NCBI GenBank assembly: GCA_016703325.1
Contig: JADJCH010000014.1
Location: forward strand, 17,931-81,930
Length of the DNA: 64,000 nt
Direction of reading: 5' to 3'
DNA from: Burkholderiales bacterium
GTDB taxonomy: Bacteria; Pseudomonadota; Gammaproteobacteria; Burkholderiales; Burkholderiaceae_C
Shown here: piece by piece, positions 26,160 to 37,300 of the stretch
How the letters are laid out: every line of letters begins with the position of its first letter
How positions within the stretch are numbered: position 1 is the first letter of the stretch
Position numbers and translations under genes: made by a program
The notes under the pieces: generated by a model
Database searches by the model: none
Told to the model about the DNA's origin: nothing
The model's input: only the letters and a program-made list of their open reading frames with translations

Positions 26160-26885
26160 TCAGCCGCGGCGGGCTCGGGCGCGGTCGAGGGCGGCCTGGA
26201 TCACGGCGCGTTTGCGGTCCACCTCGGCGGGGGTGTTGGCCTGGGTGCGTTCTTTCAGGTGGTCCAGCTTGTGGCGGGCTTTGGCTTCCAGCCGTTCGCC
26301 GTGCTCGGCCTTCAGGCGCTGTTGCCGGGCCTGGCGGGTGGTGTAGCGCTGCCGGGCGGCGTCGGCGTCTGTGCGGCTCCAGGCCTGCCAGCCGCTGCGG
26401 CCCGGGGTGACGCTGGCCACTTCGATGCAGTCCACCGGGCAGGCCGGCAGGCACAGTTCGCAGCCGGTGCATTGGGCTTCGATGACGCTGTGCATGTGTT
26501 TAGGGGCACCGACGATGCAGTCCACCGGGCAGGCCTGGATGCACAGGGTGCAGCCGATGCACCAGGCCTCGTCGATCCAGACGATGCTGCGTTCGGACTC
26601 GCTGCCGCAGGTGGGATCCAGTGCGGTGGCGGCCTGGCCAGTCAGCCGGGCCAGCCGTTCGATGCCTTCCTGGCCGCCGGGCGGGCAGCGGTTGATGGCC
26701 GCTTCGCCCGCGGCGATGGCCTGGGCGTAGGCACGGCAGTCGTCGTAGCCGCAGCGGGTGCACTGGGTCTGAGGCAGTTCGGCGTCGATGAGATCGATCG
26801 GCGCTGTCTGCCTCCGCAGGCTGTCGCCCGCGGGCGAAGGGCGCGATGGCTTCGCAGGATCGGTGTCGGTGACGGATGGATTCAA
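26160..26885 (-). CDS. rnfB: RnfB/RsxB-like iron-sulfur protein
   Basis: [48 protein letters not shown]; no other rnf genes in the window. Confidence 0.85.
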   Translation of the reverse strand: MNPSVTDTDPAKPSRPSPAGDSLRRQTAPIDLIDAELPQTQCTRCGYDDCRAYAQAIAAGEAAINRCPPGGQEGIERLARLTGQAATALDPTCGSESERSIVWIDEAWCIGCTLCIQACPVDCIVGAPKHMHSVIEAQCTGCELCLPACPVDCIEVASVTPGRSGWQAWSRTDADAARQRYTTRQARQQRLKAEHGERLEAKARHKLDHLKERTQANTPAEVDRKRAVIQAALDRARARRG

Positions 26886-27451
26886 GAGTCGGGGTCGAAG
26901 ATGACGCAGGTGGAGCTGGCGTGTGCGTAGAGCGTGCCGTCCGGACCGATCAATTGTCCGTCGGCCGAGGCGATGCGATTGCCCACATGGACGGTGGTGC
27001 CGATGGCCCGCACCAGGGGGACCTGGTCGGTGAGCGGTCGCACACAGTTCACCTTGAACTCCACCGTCCGGTAGACCTTGCCTTGGGGCAACGTCGTGTG
27101 CACAGCGCAGGCGACCGCCGAATCCAGCAGGGTGGCGATCCAGCCGCCATGCACCGAACCCAGCGGGTTGTAGTGCTCAAACAGCGGGCGGCCCTGATAG
27201 ACGGCACGGCCGAAGCTGGCTTCAACCAGCAGGAACTTGAGCGTGTGGGAAATTGGCGGCTGGGGGATTTCTCCGGTGAACATGGCCTCGAAGGCGCCCA
27301 GGCCGCTGCGGCTCATGAACTGCTCCGGCGCGCACAGACCAGGGCCGCGCAGGCGGGTGCGCAGAACGGCCTCTCGTTTGAGCCAGCGGTCCAGGGTGAG
27401 GGACTGGTCGGCAGGAGTGAGCGGTTCAGGGTCACGGTGCTGAGGTGTCAT
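26882..27451 (-). CDS. PaaI family thioesterase
   Basis: [24 protein letters not shown] hotdog motif. Confidence 0.9.
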   Translation of the reverse strand: MTPQHRDPEPLTPADQSLTLDRWLKREAVLRTRLRGPGLCAPEQFMSRSGLGAFEAMFTGEIPQPPISHTLKFLLVEASFGRAVYQGRPLFEHYNPLGSVHGGWIATLLDSAVACAVHTTLPQGKVYRTVEFKVNCVRPLTDQVPLVRAIGTTVHVGNRIASADGQLIGPDGTLYAHASSTCVIFDPDS

Positions 27452-27571
27452 GGGATTGACTCGCGGTACATCAGGATTTCGTCAGTGCACGGTGCATTGA
27501 CTGCGAAACCGCAGGGTACTTCCATGGGTATGAATGGCAATCCCCCATTCGAGTTAGGGCTAACTGCGACA

Positions 27572-28147
27572 TCAGGTGCCGGCAAGTCCGCTCAACACCA
27601 GGACCCCCAGCACGGCAAACACCGCCGCGGCAATGCGGTGCACCACCTGCAGCGGCACGAAGCGGGTAGCTCGTTCGCCCAGCAGCACCGCGGGTACGTT
27701 GGCGATCATCATGCCGAGTGTGGTGCCGGCGGTAACTGTGACCAGCGCGTGGTATTTGGCGGCCAGCATCACCGTGGCGATCTGGGTCTTGTCGCCCATC
27801 TCGGCCAGAAAAAACGCCGCCACGGTCAGGCCGAACACGCCCCAGCGGCCGGTACCGCCGCCTTCGACTTCATCGGCCTTGTCCGGGATCAACATCCACA
27901 CCGCCACGGCCAGGAAGGAGGCGCCGAGGATCCAGCGCATCCACTGGGGGTCGATCTGCCGGGTCAGCCAGTCGCCCAGGGCCGCAGCGCCGGCATGGTT
28001 GGCCAGCGTGGCCACCAGGATGCCGAGCACGATGGGGATGGGTTTGCGGAAGCGGGCGGCCAGCAGCAGGGCCAGCAATTGGGTCTTGTCGCCGATTTCG
28101 CCGAGGGCGACGACGCCGGTGGACACGGCGAAGGCTTCGAAGGACAT
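27572..28147 (-). CDS. TMEM165/GDT1 (UPF0016) Mn/Ca transporter family
   Basis: Duplicated E-x-GDKTQ motifs (GEIGDKTQ, AEMGDKTQ). Confidence 0.93.
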   Translation of the reverse strand: MSFEAFAVSTGVVALGEIGDKTQLLALLLAARFRKPIPIVLGILVATLANHAGAAALGDWLTRQIDPQWMRWILGASFLAVAVWMLIPDKADEVEGGGTGRWGVFGLTVAAFFLAEMGDKTQIATVMLAAKYHALVTVTAGTTLGMMIANVPAVLLGERATRFVPLQVVHRIAAAVFAVLGVLVLSGLAGT

Positions 28148-28272
28148 GGGAACGCAGCGCGGGGAAGTCGGCCGGTGCAGGGGCCTGGCCCATTGGGCGG
28201 GTGCTGTCACCGGGCGCTGCAGTGTACCGACCTCCGCCGCCGGTGCAGACACGCTGGTGCAGACTGGCGCCG

Positions 28273-30426
28273 TCAGCGCAGTGCAGGGAGCTGGCGCAAG
28301 CCGTTCTGCAGGCGTTGGCGGATCTGACCCAGTGTGGCGACACCAGAGGAGCCGCGGCTGGAGTCGGCAGCCGATGGGGCGGCGGCATAGCGCCAGGCGT
28401 CCAGGCGGCGCAGGGTGTCTGCGACTTCGGTGGCGGCTTGCGGCGCAGCAGATCCCCAGCGTTGCAGCACCCGCTCGGCCAGGCTGCGCGGCGGCAACTC
28501 CGGGGCCTCGGTCAAGCCGCGCCGCAGCAGTGTGGCCTGTGTGCGGGCCAGCAGCCGCAGCCAGGGGTCGCGGCGCTGGCTGCGCCAGCCGTCCCAGGCC
28601 GCCCAGCCGGCGCCGGCCAGGCCCAGGGCGGCCAGCGCCAGCAGCAGGGTCCGCCCGGCGGTGAGCAGGTCGGGTTGCTCCCAGCCCAGGTCCTCCAGCA
28701 GGTCGCGCTGGCGCTGGCGGCCGTACTGCAGAACCCAGTCGTTCCAGCGGTGGTTCACCGCACCCCAGACCTGGCGCAGCCGCTCCAGCAGCGCCGGGCT
28801 GACCTGCGTGAGCGCACCGCTCATCAGGCCGGGGGGCAACCGCAGGCGCAGGCCCTGGCGCACCCGGTCGGGGGCAACGGCGGCGGTGGGGTCGACGCGG
28901 GTCCAGCCCCGTTCGGGCAACCAGATCTCGGCCCAGGCATGTGCGTCGCTCTGCCGCACCTCCAGCAGGCCGTTGACCGGGTTGAACGCACCGCCCTGGT
29001 AGCCGGTGACGATGCGAGCGGGCACGCCCAGGCTGCGCATCACCACCACATAGGCGGCTGCGTAGTGTTCGCAAAAGCCGGTGCGGTGCGCGAGCCAGAA
29101 GTCGTCCACCGCGTCTTCGCGGTCGCCCGCCCGGCCTTCTCCGGGAGCCAGGGCGTACTGGAAGCCTGCGTTGCGGATGTGCTGCAGCAGCAGGTCGCTG
29201 GCCTGGGCAGCGAGCCGTTCGGCAGGCACACCGTCCAAGGGGCCACCGGGACGCCGCAGCGACGTGGACCAGGCGCGCGTCAGTGGGTGCACGTTGGCGG
29301 GCAGGGCCAGGTCGGCCGGCTTGACCAGTCCCTCCGGGATGATGCCGGTGCTCAAGTCGTAACTCATGCGCAGGTGGGCCAGGCCGCGCAGCTTGAGCCT
29401 CTCCTGGATCGGGCGCTGGGGCTGCCAGTGCAGGTCGTCGCGCAGGGCGAGCCACATGGCGGTGGAGTCCAGCTGTGGCTGCAAGGCGGTGAACTCCAGC
29501 AGAGGCAGGCTCGCCACCCGCAGCGGCTCGAAGGTGACTTCGTAGTCCACCGGCTGCTCCAGGGTGAGCTGGATGCGGCCGCTGCCTGGGGTGGGCGGAA
29601 GGCCTGGGGCGGGCGGGGCGCCCACGCCGCCATCGTCGGCCCGCCAGCGCCGGCCGTCGTACAGGCGCAGCACCGGGCCGCGGAAATACAGCGCCTCTCC
29701 CGCCGGCGGGGGGCGACCGAGGAAGTCCACCCGCATGGCCAGACTGTCGTCGCTGACCAGTTCGGCCACCTGGCCGAGCTCCAGATCGTCCGACAGGCCG
29801 GTGTGGCCAAGGTTCGAGGCCGGCTGGCCCCACAGCGGGGGCAGTCGCGGGAAGAACAGGAACAGCAACAGCACCAGCGGCATGCCGACCAGGGCGTGCC
29901 GCGCCGCCAGCCCCAGGGCCTGAGCCAGACCGGGGCGACCGCTCGGCATGTGAGCCAGGGCCAGCGCCCCCAGCAGCCCGGCCACCGATCCCAGCATCGC
30001 CAGCGCGGTGCCCAGCGACTGTGAATGCAGGAAGTTGGCCAGCACCAGCACGAAGCCCAGGAAGAACACCACCACCGCATCGCGTCGCGCGCGCAGCTCC
30101 AGGGTCTTCAGGGCGGCCAGCAGCACCAGCAGGGACACACCCGCGTCCTTGCCCAGCAGGGTCTGGTGACTCCACGCCGTGCCTACGGCCGCAACGGCCA
30201 GAGCCCCCAGCAGCACCCAGCGCGGCGGCAGCGGCGTATGACGCCAGGCCAGCCAGGCACGCCAGGCCAGTGCAGCGATGGCATAGGCACTGCACCATCC
30301 CGGCACATGCGAGAACAGCGGCAGCAGGGTCCAGCCGATTACACCGAGCAGGAACAGGGTGTCGCGGGCGTCACGGCTCATCGCCGTGCTGCTCCCGAAG
30401 GGGCTGTGCAGACGGAACCCGCTCAT
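28273..30426 (-). CDS. DUF3488 + transglutaminase-like protein (TgpA-like)
   Basis: N-terminal TMs with LKTLELRARRDA; GFCEHYAAA, ARIVTGYQGG, DAHAWAEIW...GWTRVDPT catalytic C/H/D. Confidence 0.92.
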   Translation of the reverse strand: MSGFRLHSPFGSSTAMSRDARDTLFLLGVIGWTLLPLFSHVPGWCSAYAIAALAWRAWLAWRHTPLPPRWVLLGALAVAAVGTAWSHQTLLGKDAGVSLLVLLAALKTLELRARRDAVVVFFLGFVLVLANFLHSQSLGTALAMLGSVAGLLGALALAHMPSGRPGLAQALGLAARHALVGMPLVLLLFLFFPRLPPLWGQPASNLGHTGLSDDLELGQVAELVSDDSLAMRVDFLGRPPPAGEALYFRGPVLRLYDGRRWRADDGGVGAPPAPGLPPTPGSGRIQLTLEQPVDYEVTFEPLRVASLPLLEFTALQPQLDSTAMWLALRDDLHWQPQRPIQERLKLRGLAHLRMSYDLSTGIIPEGLVKPADLALPANVHPLTRAWSTSLRRPGGPLDGVPAERLAAQASDLLLQHIRNAGFQYALAPGEGRAGDREDAVDDFWLAHRTGFCEHYAAAYVVVMRSLGVPARIVTGYQGGAFNPVNGLLEVRQSDAHAWAEIWLPERGWTRVDPTAAVAPDRVRQGLRLRLPPGLMSGALTQVSPALLERLRQVWGAVNHRWNDWVLQYGRQRQRDLLEDLGWEQPDLLTAGRTLLLALAALGLAGAGWAAWDGWRSQRRDPWLRLLARTQATLLRRGLTEAPELPPRSLAERVLQRWGSAAPQAATEVADTLRRLDAWRYAAAPSAADSSRGSSGVATLGQIRQRLQNGLRQLPALR

Positions 30427-31577
30427 GGTGAGTCACCCGCCCCGGGCGGGCCGTCTGGAGCTGCTTCCAGCAAACCCCAGGTGGCCAGGTGGTGCAGGGC
30501 TTCGCGCTGCTGTGCCGGCCCCAGGCCGATCGGCAGCTCCCACCCGGGCAGTTGCAGGCCGTAGGCGATGCCGGCCTGCTCGGCGGCCAGCACCCAGGCG
30601 CACAGCCGGGCGAGGCGGCGTTCGTCGTCCGGTGCGGGGGTGCGTGTCCAGTCGAGTTGCAGCCGGGCGGGCGGCTGCCCTTGGGCATCGCGGCTGACCA
30701 GGTCGCCGCCACCCGCCAGGCTTTGCGCCGTCTTCTTCCAATGCACCTGCGTCAGGCTGTCGCCGCGCCGCCAGGCCCGCAGCCCGGCCACGTCCTGGGC
30801 GGCCTGCCGGGTGCCCTGTGCCGGCAGCGAGGTGTCGGCCTCGGGGGAGGTCGACCAGGGCAGCGGCGCCGCAGGGGACTCGGGCGCAGGCCAGGCCAGC
30901 CAGCCCGAGGCGGGGCGCCAGACCGTCCAGGCACGGAACAGGCCGAAGGGGTAGCGGGTCTCGATGCGCACCCGCTCGGCGCGGTGCCGGCCGCGCTTGC
31001 GCAGCAACTGGCCGAGCTGCAGGTGCACCTCGCCGCCGGCCGGCACGTCCACCCAGGTCCAGGCGGGCGGGGCGCCGCCGGGGTGCGAGGGCGCATCGGC
31101 CTGCGCAGCCGGCAGGTACAGGCCGATGCCGTAGCGCGCGCGGCCGCGTCGGGTTCTGCGCAGCCACCACCACCAGCGGGCAGGCCCTCGCAGCGGGGAT
31201 GTCGTCGGGCGGGTTGCGTCCAGCAGCGTCACGCGCAGCTGTGCCATTTCTCCGGCGAACACCGGCTCGCCGGCCTGGGCCAGCAGCCGCAGCCCGCGCA
31301 GGTTGGCGTGGGTGCCGTGCATCGAGCTCAGGCCGACCCCCGCCAGCCCGAAGGTGAGCAGGTAACCCAGGTTGAGCTGGTAGTTGATCGAGGCCAGCAG
31401 CAGCACCAGCAGCAGCGCAGCGAACAGCCAGCCCGCACCGGTGGGCAGGATGTAGACGTTGCGCTGTGTCAGGTCGAGCCGGTCGCTGCGCGGGTGGCGC
31501 TGTTGCCACCAGTGCTCCCAGCGCCGGGCCCAGGCCGGGCGCCGGGCTGTGGCAGGGCCTGCCGCTGCAGAGGTCAC
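30423..31577 (-). CDS. DUF58 family protein
   Basis: RNVYILPT, INYQLNLG, TRYPFGLFRAW, LRAWRRGDSL..VHWK. Confidence 0.88.
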   Translation of the reverse strand: MTSAAAGPATARRPAWARRWEHWWQQRHPRSDRLDLTQRNVYILPTGAGWLFAALLLVLLLASINYQLNLGYLLTFGLAGVGLSSMHGTHANLRGLRLLAQAGEPVFAGEMAQLRVTLLDATRPTTSPLRGPARWWWWLRRTRRGRARYGIGLYLPAAQADAPSHPGGAPPAWTWVDVPAGGEVHLQLGQLLRKRGRHRAERVRIETRYPFGLFRAWTVWRPASGWLAWPAPESPAAPLPWSTSPEADTSLPAQGTRQAAQDVAGLRAWRRGDSLTQVHWKKTAQSLAGGGDLVSRDAQGQPPARLQLDWTRTPAPDDERRLARLCAWVLAAEQAGIAYGLQLPGWELPIGLGPAQQREALHHLATWGLLEAAPDGPPGAGDSP

Positions 31578-32524
31578 CGCAGCCCCAGCGACGCGACCAT
31601 CGCTGCCACCTGTTCCGGCGCACCCCGGCCGGCGCCGGGCAGGGGCAGCAGGCGGTGCGACAGGGCCGCCACCGCCACCGCCTGCACATCGTCCGGGCTC
31701 ACATGGGTTTGTCCTTGCAGCAGGGCGCGGGCGCGCGCCACCCGCAGCAGCGCCAGGCCGGCGCGTGGCGACAGGCCTTGGCGGAACCAGCGGCCGTTGC
31801 GGGTTTCTTCGATCAGCGCCTGCACGTAGTCGAGTAGCGCCGGCGCCACATGCACCTGGCGCACCAGCGCCTGGGCATCGAGCAGATCCTGCGGGCTCAT
31901 GACGGGCCGCAGCTGTCGCAGCAGCTCGCGCCGGTCCTCGCCGGCCAGCAGGGCGCGCTCGGAGGCCCGGTCCGGGTAGCCCAGGCTGATGCGCAGCAGG
32001 AAGCGGTCCAGCTGGCTCTCCGGCAGCGGGTAGGTGCCCAGCTGGTCGGTGGGATTCTGGGTGGCGATGACGAAGAAGGGCTGCGGCAGCGCGCGGGTCT
32101 GGCCGTCCACGCTGACCTGCTGCTCCTCCATCGCTTCCAGCAGCGCACTTTGGGTGCGCGGCCCGGCCCGGTTGATCTCGTCGGCCAGCAGCAGCTGCGT
32201 GAACACCGGACCATGATGGAAGACAAAGTCCTCCTTCGCCCGGTCGTAAATACTGACGCCGGTCAAGTCACTGGGCATCAGGTCCGCCGTGAACTGGACG
32301 CGTGAGTAGGTCAATCCGAAGGACAGCGCGAGCGCATGCGCCAGCGTGGTCTTGCCGACGCCGGGTACATCCTCGATCAGCAGGTGGCCCCCGGCGAGCA
32401 GGCAGGCCACCCCCTGGTGAATCTGCTCTTGTTTGCCGACGATGACCCTGTCAACCTGTAACAGGAGCCGGGCCAGCTGTCCGGCGATGTGACGTGTCAG
32501 GTGCTTGTGATCTTGTCCGTGCAT
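31574..32524 (-). CDS. MoxR family AAA+ ATPase
   Basis: LIEDVPGVGKT, RVQFTADLMPSD, ADEINRA, FFVIATQNP, LPESQLDRF; start could be 32536. Confidence 0.93.
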   Translation of the reverse strand: MHGQDHKHLTRHIAGQLARLLLQVDRVIVGKQEQIHQGVACLLAGGHLLIEDVPGVGKTTLAHALALSFGLTYSRVQFTADLMPSDLTGVSIYDRAKEDFVFHHGPVFTQLLLADEINRAGPRTQSALLEAMEEQQVSVDGQTRALPQPFFVIATQNPTDQLGTYPLPESQLDRFLLRISLGYPDRASERALLAGEDRRELLRQLRPVMSPQDLLDAQALVRQVHVAPALLDYVQALIEETRNGRWFRQGLSPRAGLALLRVARARALLQGQTHVSPDDVQAVAVAALSHRLLPLPGAGRGAPEQVAAMVASLGLR

Positions 32525-32592
32525 TCTGTCGAACATAACCGAACCTTGAGGAGACGGCCGGCGGCATCGCTCCACGGCCGTGAACGATCGGC

Positions 32593-33528
32593 ATGACCAC
32601 TGCCTACTTCAGCCACAACGACTGCCGCGGCCACGACATGGGCCACGGCCACCCCGAATGCCCGCAACGGCTCGATGCCATCGAGGACCACCTGCTGGCC
32701 ACCGGCCTGGACATTGCCCTGACCCGCATGGAAGCGCCGCTGGCCCGGCACGAGGACCTGATGCTCGCCCACAGCGAGGGCTACCTGCTGGAGCTGGACG
32801 AATTCCTGCGCCAGGCGGTGGAGACCGGCGAGCACAAGGCCCTGGATCCGGACACCACCGTCTGCCCCGGCACCCGGCAGGCCATGCTGCGCTCGGCCGG
32901 TGCCGCCGTGGCGGCCACCGATGCGGTGATCGACGGCAGGGCCCTCAATGCCTTCTGCGCCATCCGGCCGCCCGGCCACCACGCCACGCGCTCGCAGGCG
33001 ATGGGTTTCTGCTTCTACAACAACATCGCGATCGCGGCGCGCCATGCGCTGGATGTGCGCGGGCTGGAGCGGGTGGCCATCATCGACTTCGATGTGCACC
33101 ACGGCAACGGCACCGAGGACATCGTGGCTGGCGACGACCGCATCCTGATGGTCAGCTTCTTCCAGGACCAGCTCTACCCCTACAGCGGCGGTGTGCCGCT
33201 GGGCGACAACATGGTCAACGTCGCAGTGCCGGCCTACACCCGCGGCATGGAGGTGCGCGAGCTGATCGACGCCAACTGGATGCCGGCGCTGGAGCGCTTC
33301 AAGCCGCAGATGATCTTCATCTCCGCCGGTTTCGATGCCCACCGGGAGGACGATCTCGGTCAGCTGGGCCTGGTGGAGGCCGACTACGCCTGGATCACCC
33401 AGCGCCTGGTGGACCTGGCCGAGCGCCATTGCAAGGGCCGCATCGTGTCCTGCCTGGAAGGGGGTTATGTGCTCAGCTCGCTGGCGCGCAGCGTGGCGGC
33501 GCACCTGCGGGTGCTGGCCGGGGTGTGA
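32593..33528 (+). CDS. Histone deacetylase family protein
   Basis: HPECPQRL, RPPGHHA, MGFCFYNN, DFDVHHGNGT, SAGFDAH, LEGGY. Confidence 0.93.
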   Translation: MTTAYFSHNDCRGHDMGHGHPECPQRLDAIEDHLLATGLDIALTRMEAPLARHEDLMLAHSEGYLLELDEFLRQAVETGEHKALDPDTTVCPGTRQAMLRSAGAAVAATDAVIDGRALNAFCAIRPPGHHATRSQAMGFCFYNNIAIAARHALDVRGLERVAIIDFDVHHGNGTEDIVAGDDRILMVSFFQDQLYPYSGGVPLGDNMVNVAVPAYTRGMEVRELIDANWMPALERFKPQMIFISAGFDAHREDDLGQLGLVEADYAWITQRLVDLAERHCKGRIVSCLEGGYVLSSLARSVAAHLRVLAGV

Positions 33529-33598
33529 CGCGCAGGTGCTGCGACGCAGAGGTGTGATGGCCGGAGGTTGGCCCGCACCGCTGAAGCCGGGCCGGGTC

Positions 33599-34306
33599 TC
33601 AACGCTGGGCCGCACTGTGCCCGGGCGCCGGGCCGGCCTCGAACTCCACTGCGATGCGGATGCGCGATCGCACCGGCTGGCCCTGCCACTCCCCGGGCGT
33701 GAAGCGGGCGGCCAGGAAGGCCTGCCGGGCGGCCTCCTGGAAAGGCGGCGGCAGGTCCACCTCCGATGACTCCACCCGCACCCGCTGCACGGCGCCGTGC
33801 TCGTCGATGAACAGCGTCAGCACGCCTTGCCAGTGGCCTTCAGGGGCTCCTTCGGGATAGGCCAGCAGCACCTCGGCGCTGGGCTCCGGTCCGCGGGTGA
33901 GGGAGCTGCGCGGCAGGTACTCGTCGCCCGCCTCACCCGGGCCGGGCGGGGCGGTGAGGGAGGCTGGTTCGGTCTGTGCCGTGGCCTCCGGCGCGGAGGT
34001 TGGTTTGGCAGCCTGCAGCGGGGCGTCCGGGTCTGCTGTAGCCTGCGCCGGCTGTTCCCGATCTGTCCTGGTGGCAGGTTCGGGAGAAGGCAGTGGGGCC
34101 TCGGCCAGCGGTCTCAGCGCCACCGCCACCTGCCGGGCTGCACGGGGCGCTGCGGTGGGCGTTCCGCCGCCCGGAGCCTGGCCCCACAGGCCCCAGGCTC
34201 CCAGCACCAGCAGGTGCAGCCATGCAACGGTGATCCACAGGGCGAACGGCGGGGGGCGCGGTGTGCCGTGGCCAGTGGTCGGGCTCAGTCGGTCAACTCT
34301 CGCCAC
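33599..34306 (-). CDS. TonB-like protein (TM anchor, Pro/Ala-rich spacer, TonB C-terminal domain)
   Basis: LWITVAWLHLLVL anchor; YP...VLTLFIDEHGAVQRVRV...FQEAARQAFLAARFTPG...VRSRIRIAVEF; GTG start overlaps the pilY1 stop. Confidence 0.75.
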   Translation of the reverse strand: MARVDRLSPTTGHGTPRPPPFALWITVAWLHLLVLGAWGLWGQAPGGGTPTAAPRAARQVAVALRPLAEAPLPSPEPATRTDREQPAQATADPDAPLQAAKPTSAPEATAQTEPASLTAPPGPGEAGDEYLPRSSLTRGPEPSAEVLLAYPEGAPEGHWQGVLTLFIDEHGAVQRVRVESSEVDLPPPFQEAARQAFLAARFTPGEWQGQPVRSRIRIAVEFEAGPAPGHSAAQR

Positions 34307-37300
34307 GAGGTGCGCCGGGCGTTGAAGATGGTGCTGCCGGCCACTCCGGTGGAGTCCTGCTGGCCGCCCGTCTGGTCGGCAAAGTTGAGGAAGGCCTTGA
34401 TGTTGCCCTGGCCATCGTCGAAGCGTTCGATGCCGACGATCATCGGGTTGGCGTAGGTGGCCATGCCGGTGACCGCACCGGTACTGATGTTGAACTGGTA
34501 CAGCGTTGAGCTGCCGCCGCCGCTGCACATGTCGGCCGATGGGCTGGTGCCGACAAAGGCCAGGATGCCGTTGCCCAGCGCCGTGGGGTTGATGGCGACC
34601 CGCTGGTTGGTGGGCAGTTCGGCATACCAACCCTTCTTGGTGGACCAGTCCACCGTCTGGGTGCTGTCGGTGGACAGGGTGATCTGGGTCAGTTGGGCCT
34701 TGCCTGCGGTGGTGGTCAGGTCACCCAGCCCGCTGCCTTCGCTGCTGCTCCAAGTGTCCTTGATCGAATAGATGCCCTGCTGGGAGCTGTCGCTCACGTC
34801 GGGGTCACCCAGGTAGCGGCCGGTGCCGAAGGAGATCACCGGAATGCTGCCGCTGCCGGTGGCCACTTCGTTGAGTGCCGGCTTGGTGGTGATCGGGCGG
34901 CCCGGTGTGCGGGCCAGCAACTGAGCCGCAACCTGGGTCACGCTGCCTGCAGCGTAGGTCGGCACGAAGCGCCAGAAGTTGCCCTGCATGTCGCCGGCGT
35001 AGAAGCGCAGCGCGGTGTTGTCAGAGCTGCTGGCCACCCAGGCATTGAGCTTCATGAGGTTGCTGGGTGCGGTGGCGCTGCCCACGCCGGTCTTGACCTC
35101 GCTGAGCAGCGTGCCGGTGAAGGCATCGAGCACGAAGAGGCGACCTTCGCCGTCGCCGGCATCGCCATTGATGCCGTTGCTGTTGTTCACGCCGGAGGTG
35201 AAGGCCACGACCCATTTGCCATCGGCGCTCTTGGTGATGACGGGATTGCCCATCGCCAGGCCGAGGTTGGCGTTGTGGATCACCTTGCCGTAGCCGGTGC
35301 CCGCCAGGTTCGGGAAGTGGCCAAACTCCCACAGCACCGCAGGCGATGCCGGGTCGGTGATGTCCAATGCGTAGTAAGCGCGGCCGCCCGCCCCCAGGCC
35401 GCCCACCAGGATGGTGCGCCATTCACCGCTCACATAGATGTCCGCCACCACCGGTGTGCCGTCGACGAAGTAGCGGTGGTTTCCGCCGTAGCTGCTGTCG
35501 GCCAGTTTCCAGAGGTTGGGGATCACCGCCGTGGGCACAAAGGCCCAGCGCTCGCTGCCGGCCGGGGTGGTGGTGGAGCCGCTCACGCTGCTGTCCACCT
35601 GGAAGGCGTGCAGCATGCCGTCGTTGGCGGCCGCAAACACCATCTTCATCCGGCTGGCCTTGCTGCTGACGTAGCTGTTGTAGCCGGCGTCGGCGTAGCT
35701 GAAGGGGGGCTTGCCGGCGTAGGCGGGGGCGGCGTTGACGATGTCGCCCAGCGCAGAACTGCGGCCGCGGAACAGCAGGGGTGTCGCCGTGGTGTTGTCG
35801 TTTTCGTAGGTGCTGGCGCCGCGCAGGTACTGGACCAGGTTGTCGCCGGTGACGAGATTCCGGTCTCCTTCACTCATCATTTCGTTGGTGCTGCATTGAC
35901 TCAGCCGTTCGCTGGCGCTGCTGCAGCGGCCGTCGAAAGACGCATTCAGCGCCGTGCTGCCGGTGTTGGACAGGTTGGCGTAGCTGAACTCACCCTTGGT
36001 ACCGTTCTGGTTGAACCAGATGTCGCGGCTGCCGCCCGCGGACAGTCGGGCGTCAAGTCGGGCCGCGGCGCTCCACACCGGTGTGCTGCTGCCCATCGTG
36101 GGCACGGTGTACGTGTTGGTGCTGGGGTTCAGCTGGTACTGGTAGGCCTTGAGGTCCCCGGACCAGGTACCGGAGGTGTAGCTGGGCAGAAACACCCAGC
36201 GGTCCGCGTCCACCGGAGTCTGTGTGCTGGAGGTGATGGCCGCAGCAGAGGCCGAGACGTCGCCAATGCGTCGGAAGGTGTCTGCAATTGCCGAGGCCAC
36301 TGCGGCGTGGTTGGAGGCCGAGTAATACTGGCCGCGCCCGTTCACGGCTGCGTGCCAGAGGTCGTCGATGTGGGTGGCGTCGCCTTCCGAGCCGGTATTG
36401 ATCGTGCCGGTGGGTACCGGCCAGGTCTTGCTGCCGGTGGCGCTCTTCAGGTCGGCCCAGTCGCTGGGTCGCAGGTAGCCGTTGAGGCCCAGTCCCAGGG
36501 TGAACAGGTTCATGTGCTGCCGGGTGTTCGGGTCGGGCAGCACCCCCTTGGCGTCGTCGCCGGCAACGGGCGGCAGCTCGTCGGCCAGGTCGGTGCGCAG
36601 GTCCTCCTGGTAGTAGTACTGCGCCACATCGGCCAGGGTGGGGGAGGCGTTGGCGCCGTTGTAGGGGCGCGGCTCGGCGGCATCCGCATCGCCGATCTGG
36701 GTGCGGCCGTCCAGTGCGTAGACCTGGCCGGTGTCGCTGTTCCAGTAGCCATCGGTGGTCAGCAGGGCATAGGCGCGCTGGCAGGTGTACTGGATCGGGG
36801 CGCTGCTGCCGGTGGTGGCGTAGTAGCGCCCCACCCGCGACAGGGTGCGGCGCAGGGGGGTGCTGCTGGAGGCCGAGGAGGTGTACAGCAGGTCATAGAA
36901 GCTGGAGCGCTGGGTGCCGCTGAACTCGCCCGTGCCGAGGAACCAGGATCCGGACGACGTGCTGTCGCTGATGCGGGTGAATCCGAGGCGGATCTCCGCG
37001 CCCACGCCTCGCATCGCCTTGCCGGCGGCCGACCGCATCGCGAGCTGGCGGGTGCGGTAGTAGGAGTACCAGTTGGCGTACTTTTGCGCGAGCGTTGACG
37101 TGGCCTCGATGGTCACACTGGTAAAGCGCCCGGACTCCGACCGATTCATGCAGTAGCGGTAGGTGTCGGAGCTGGTGTCGACGTTGCCGTTGACGTCATA
37201 GCGCCAGTCGCGCGGGGTGGCGGTGCTGTCGTTGAACACGTAGTAGGTGGAGCCAGCCAGGCTCACCGCGCCGGTGCGGGCAAAGCCATCGGTCCAGGCC

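Noticed and set aside
28148-28272. yybP-ykoY Mn riboswitch upstream of the UPF0016 gene
   Set aside because: Expected from family knowledge, but I could not recognise its conserved loops; needs an Infernal scan.
28273-32524. MoxR-DUF58-transglutaminase operon as a novel system
   Set aside because: Well-known, widespread arrangement.
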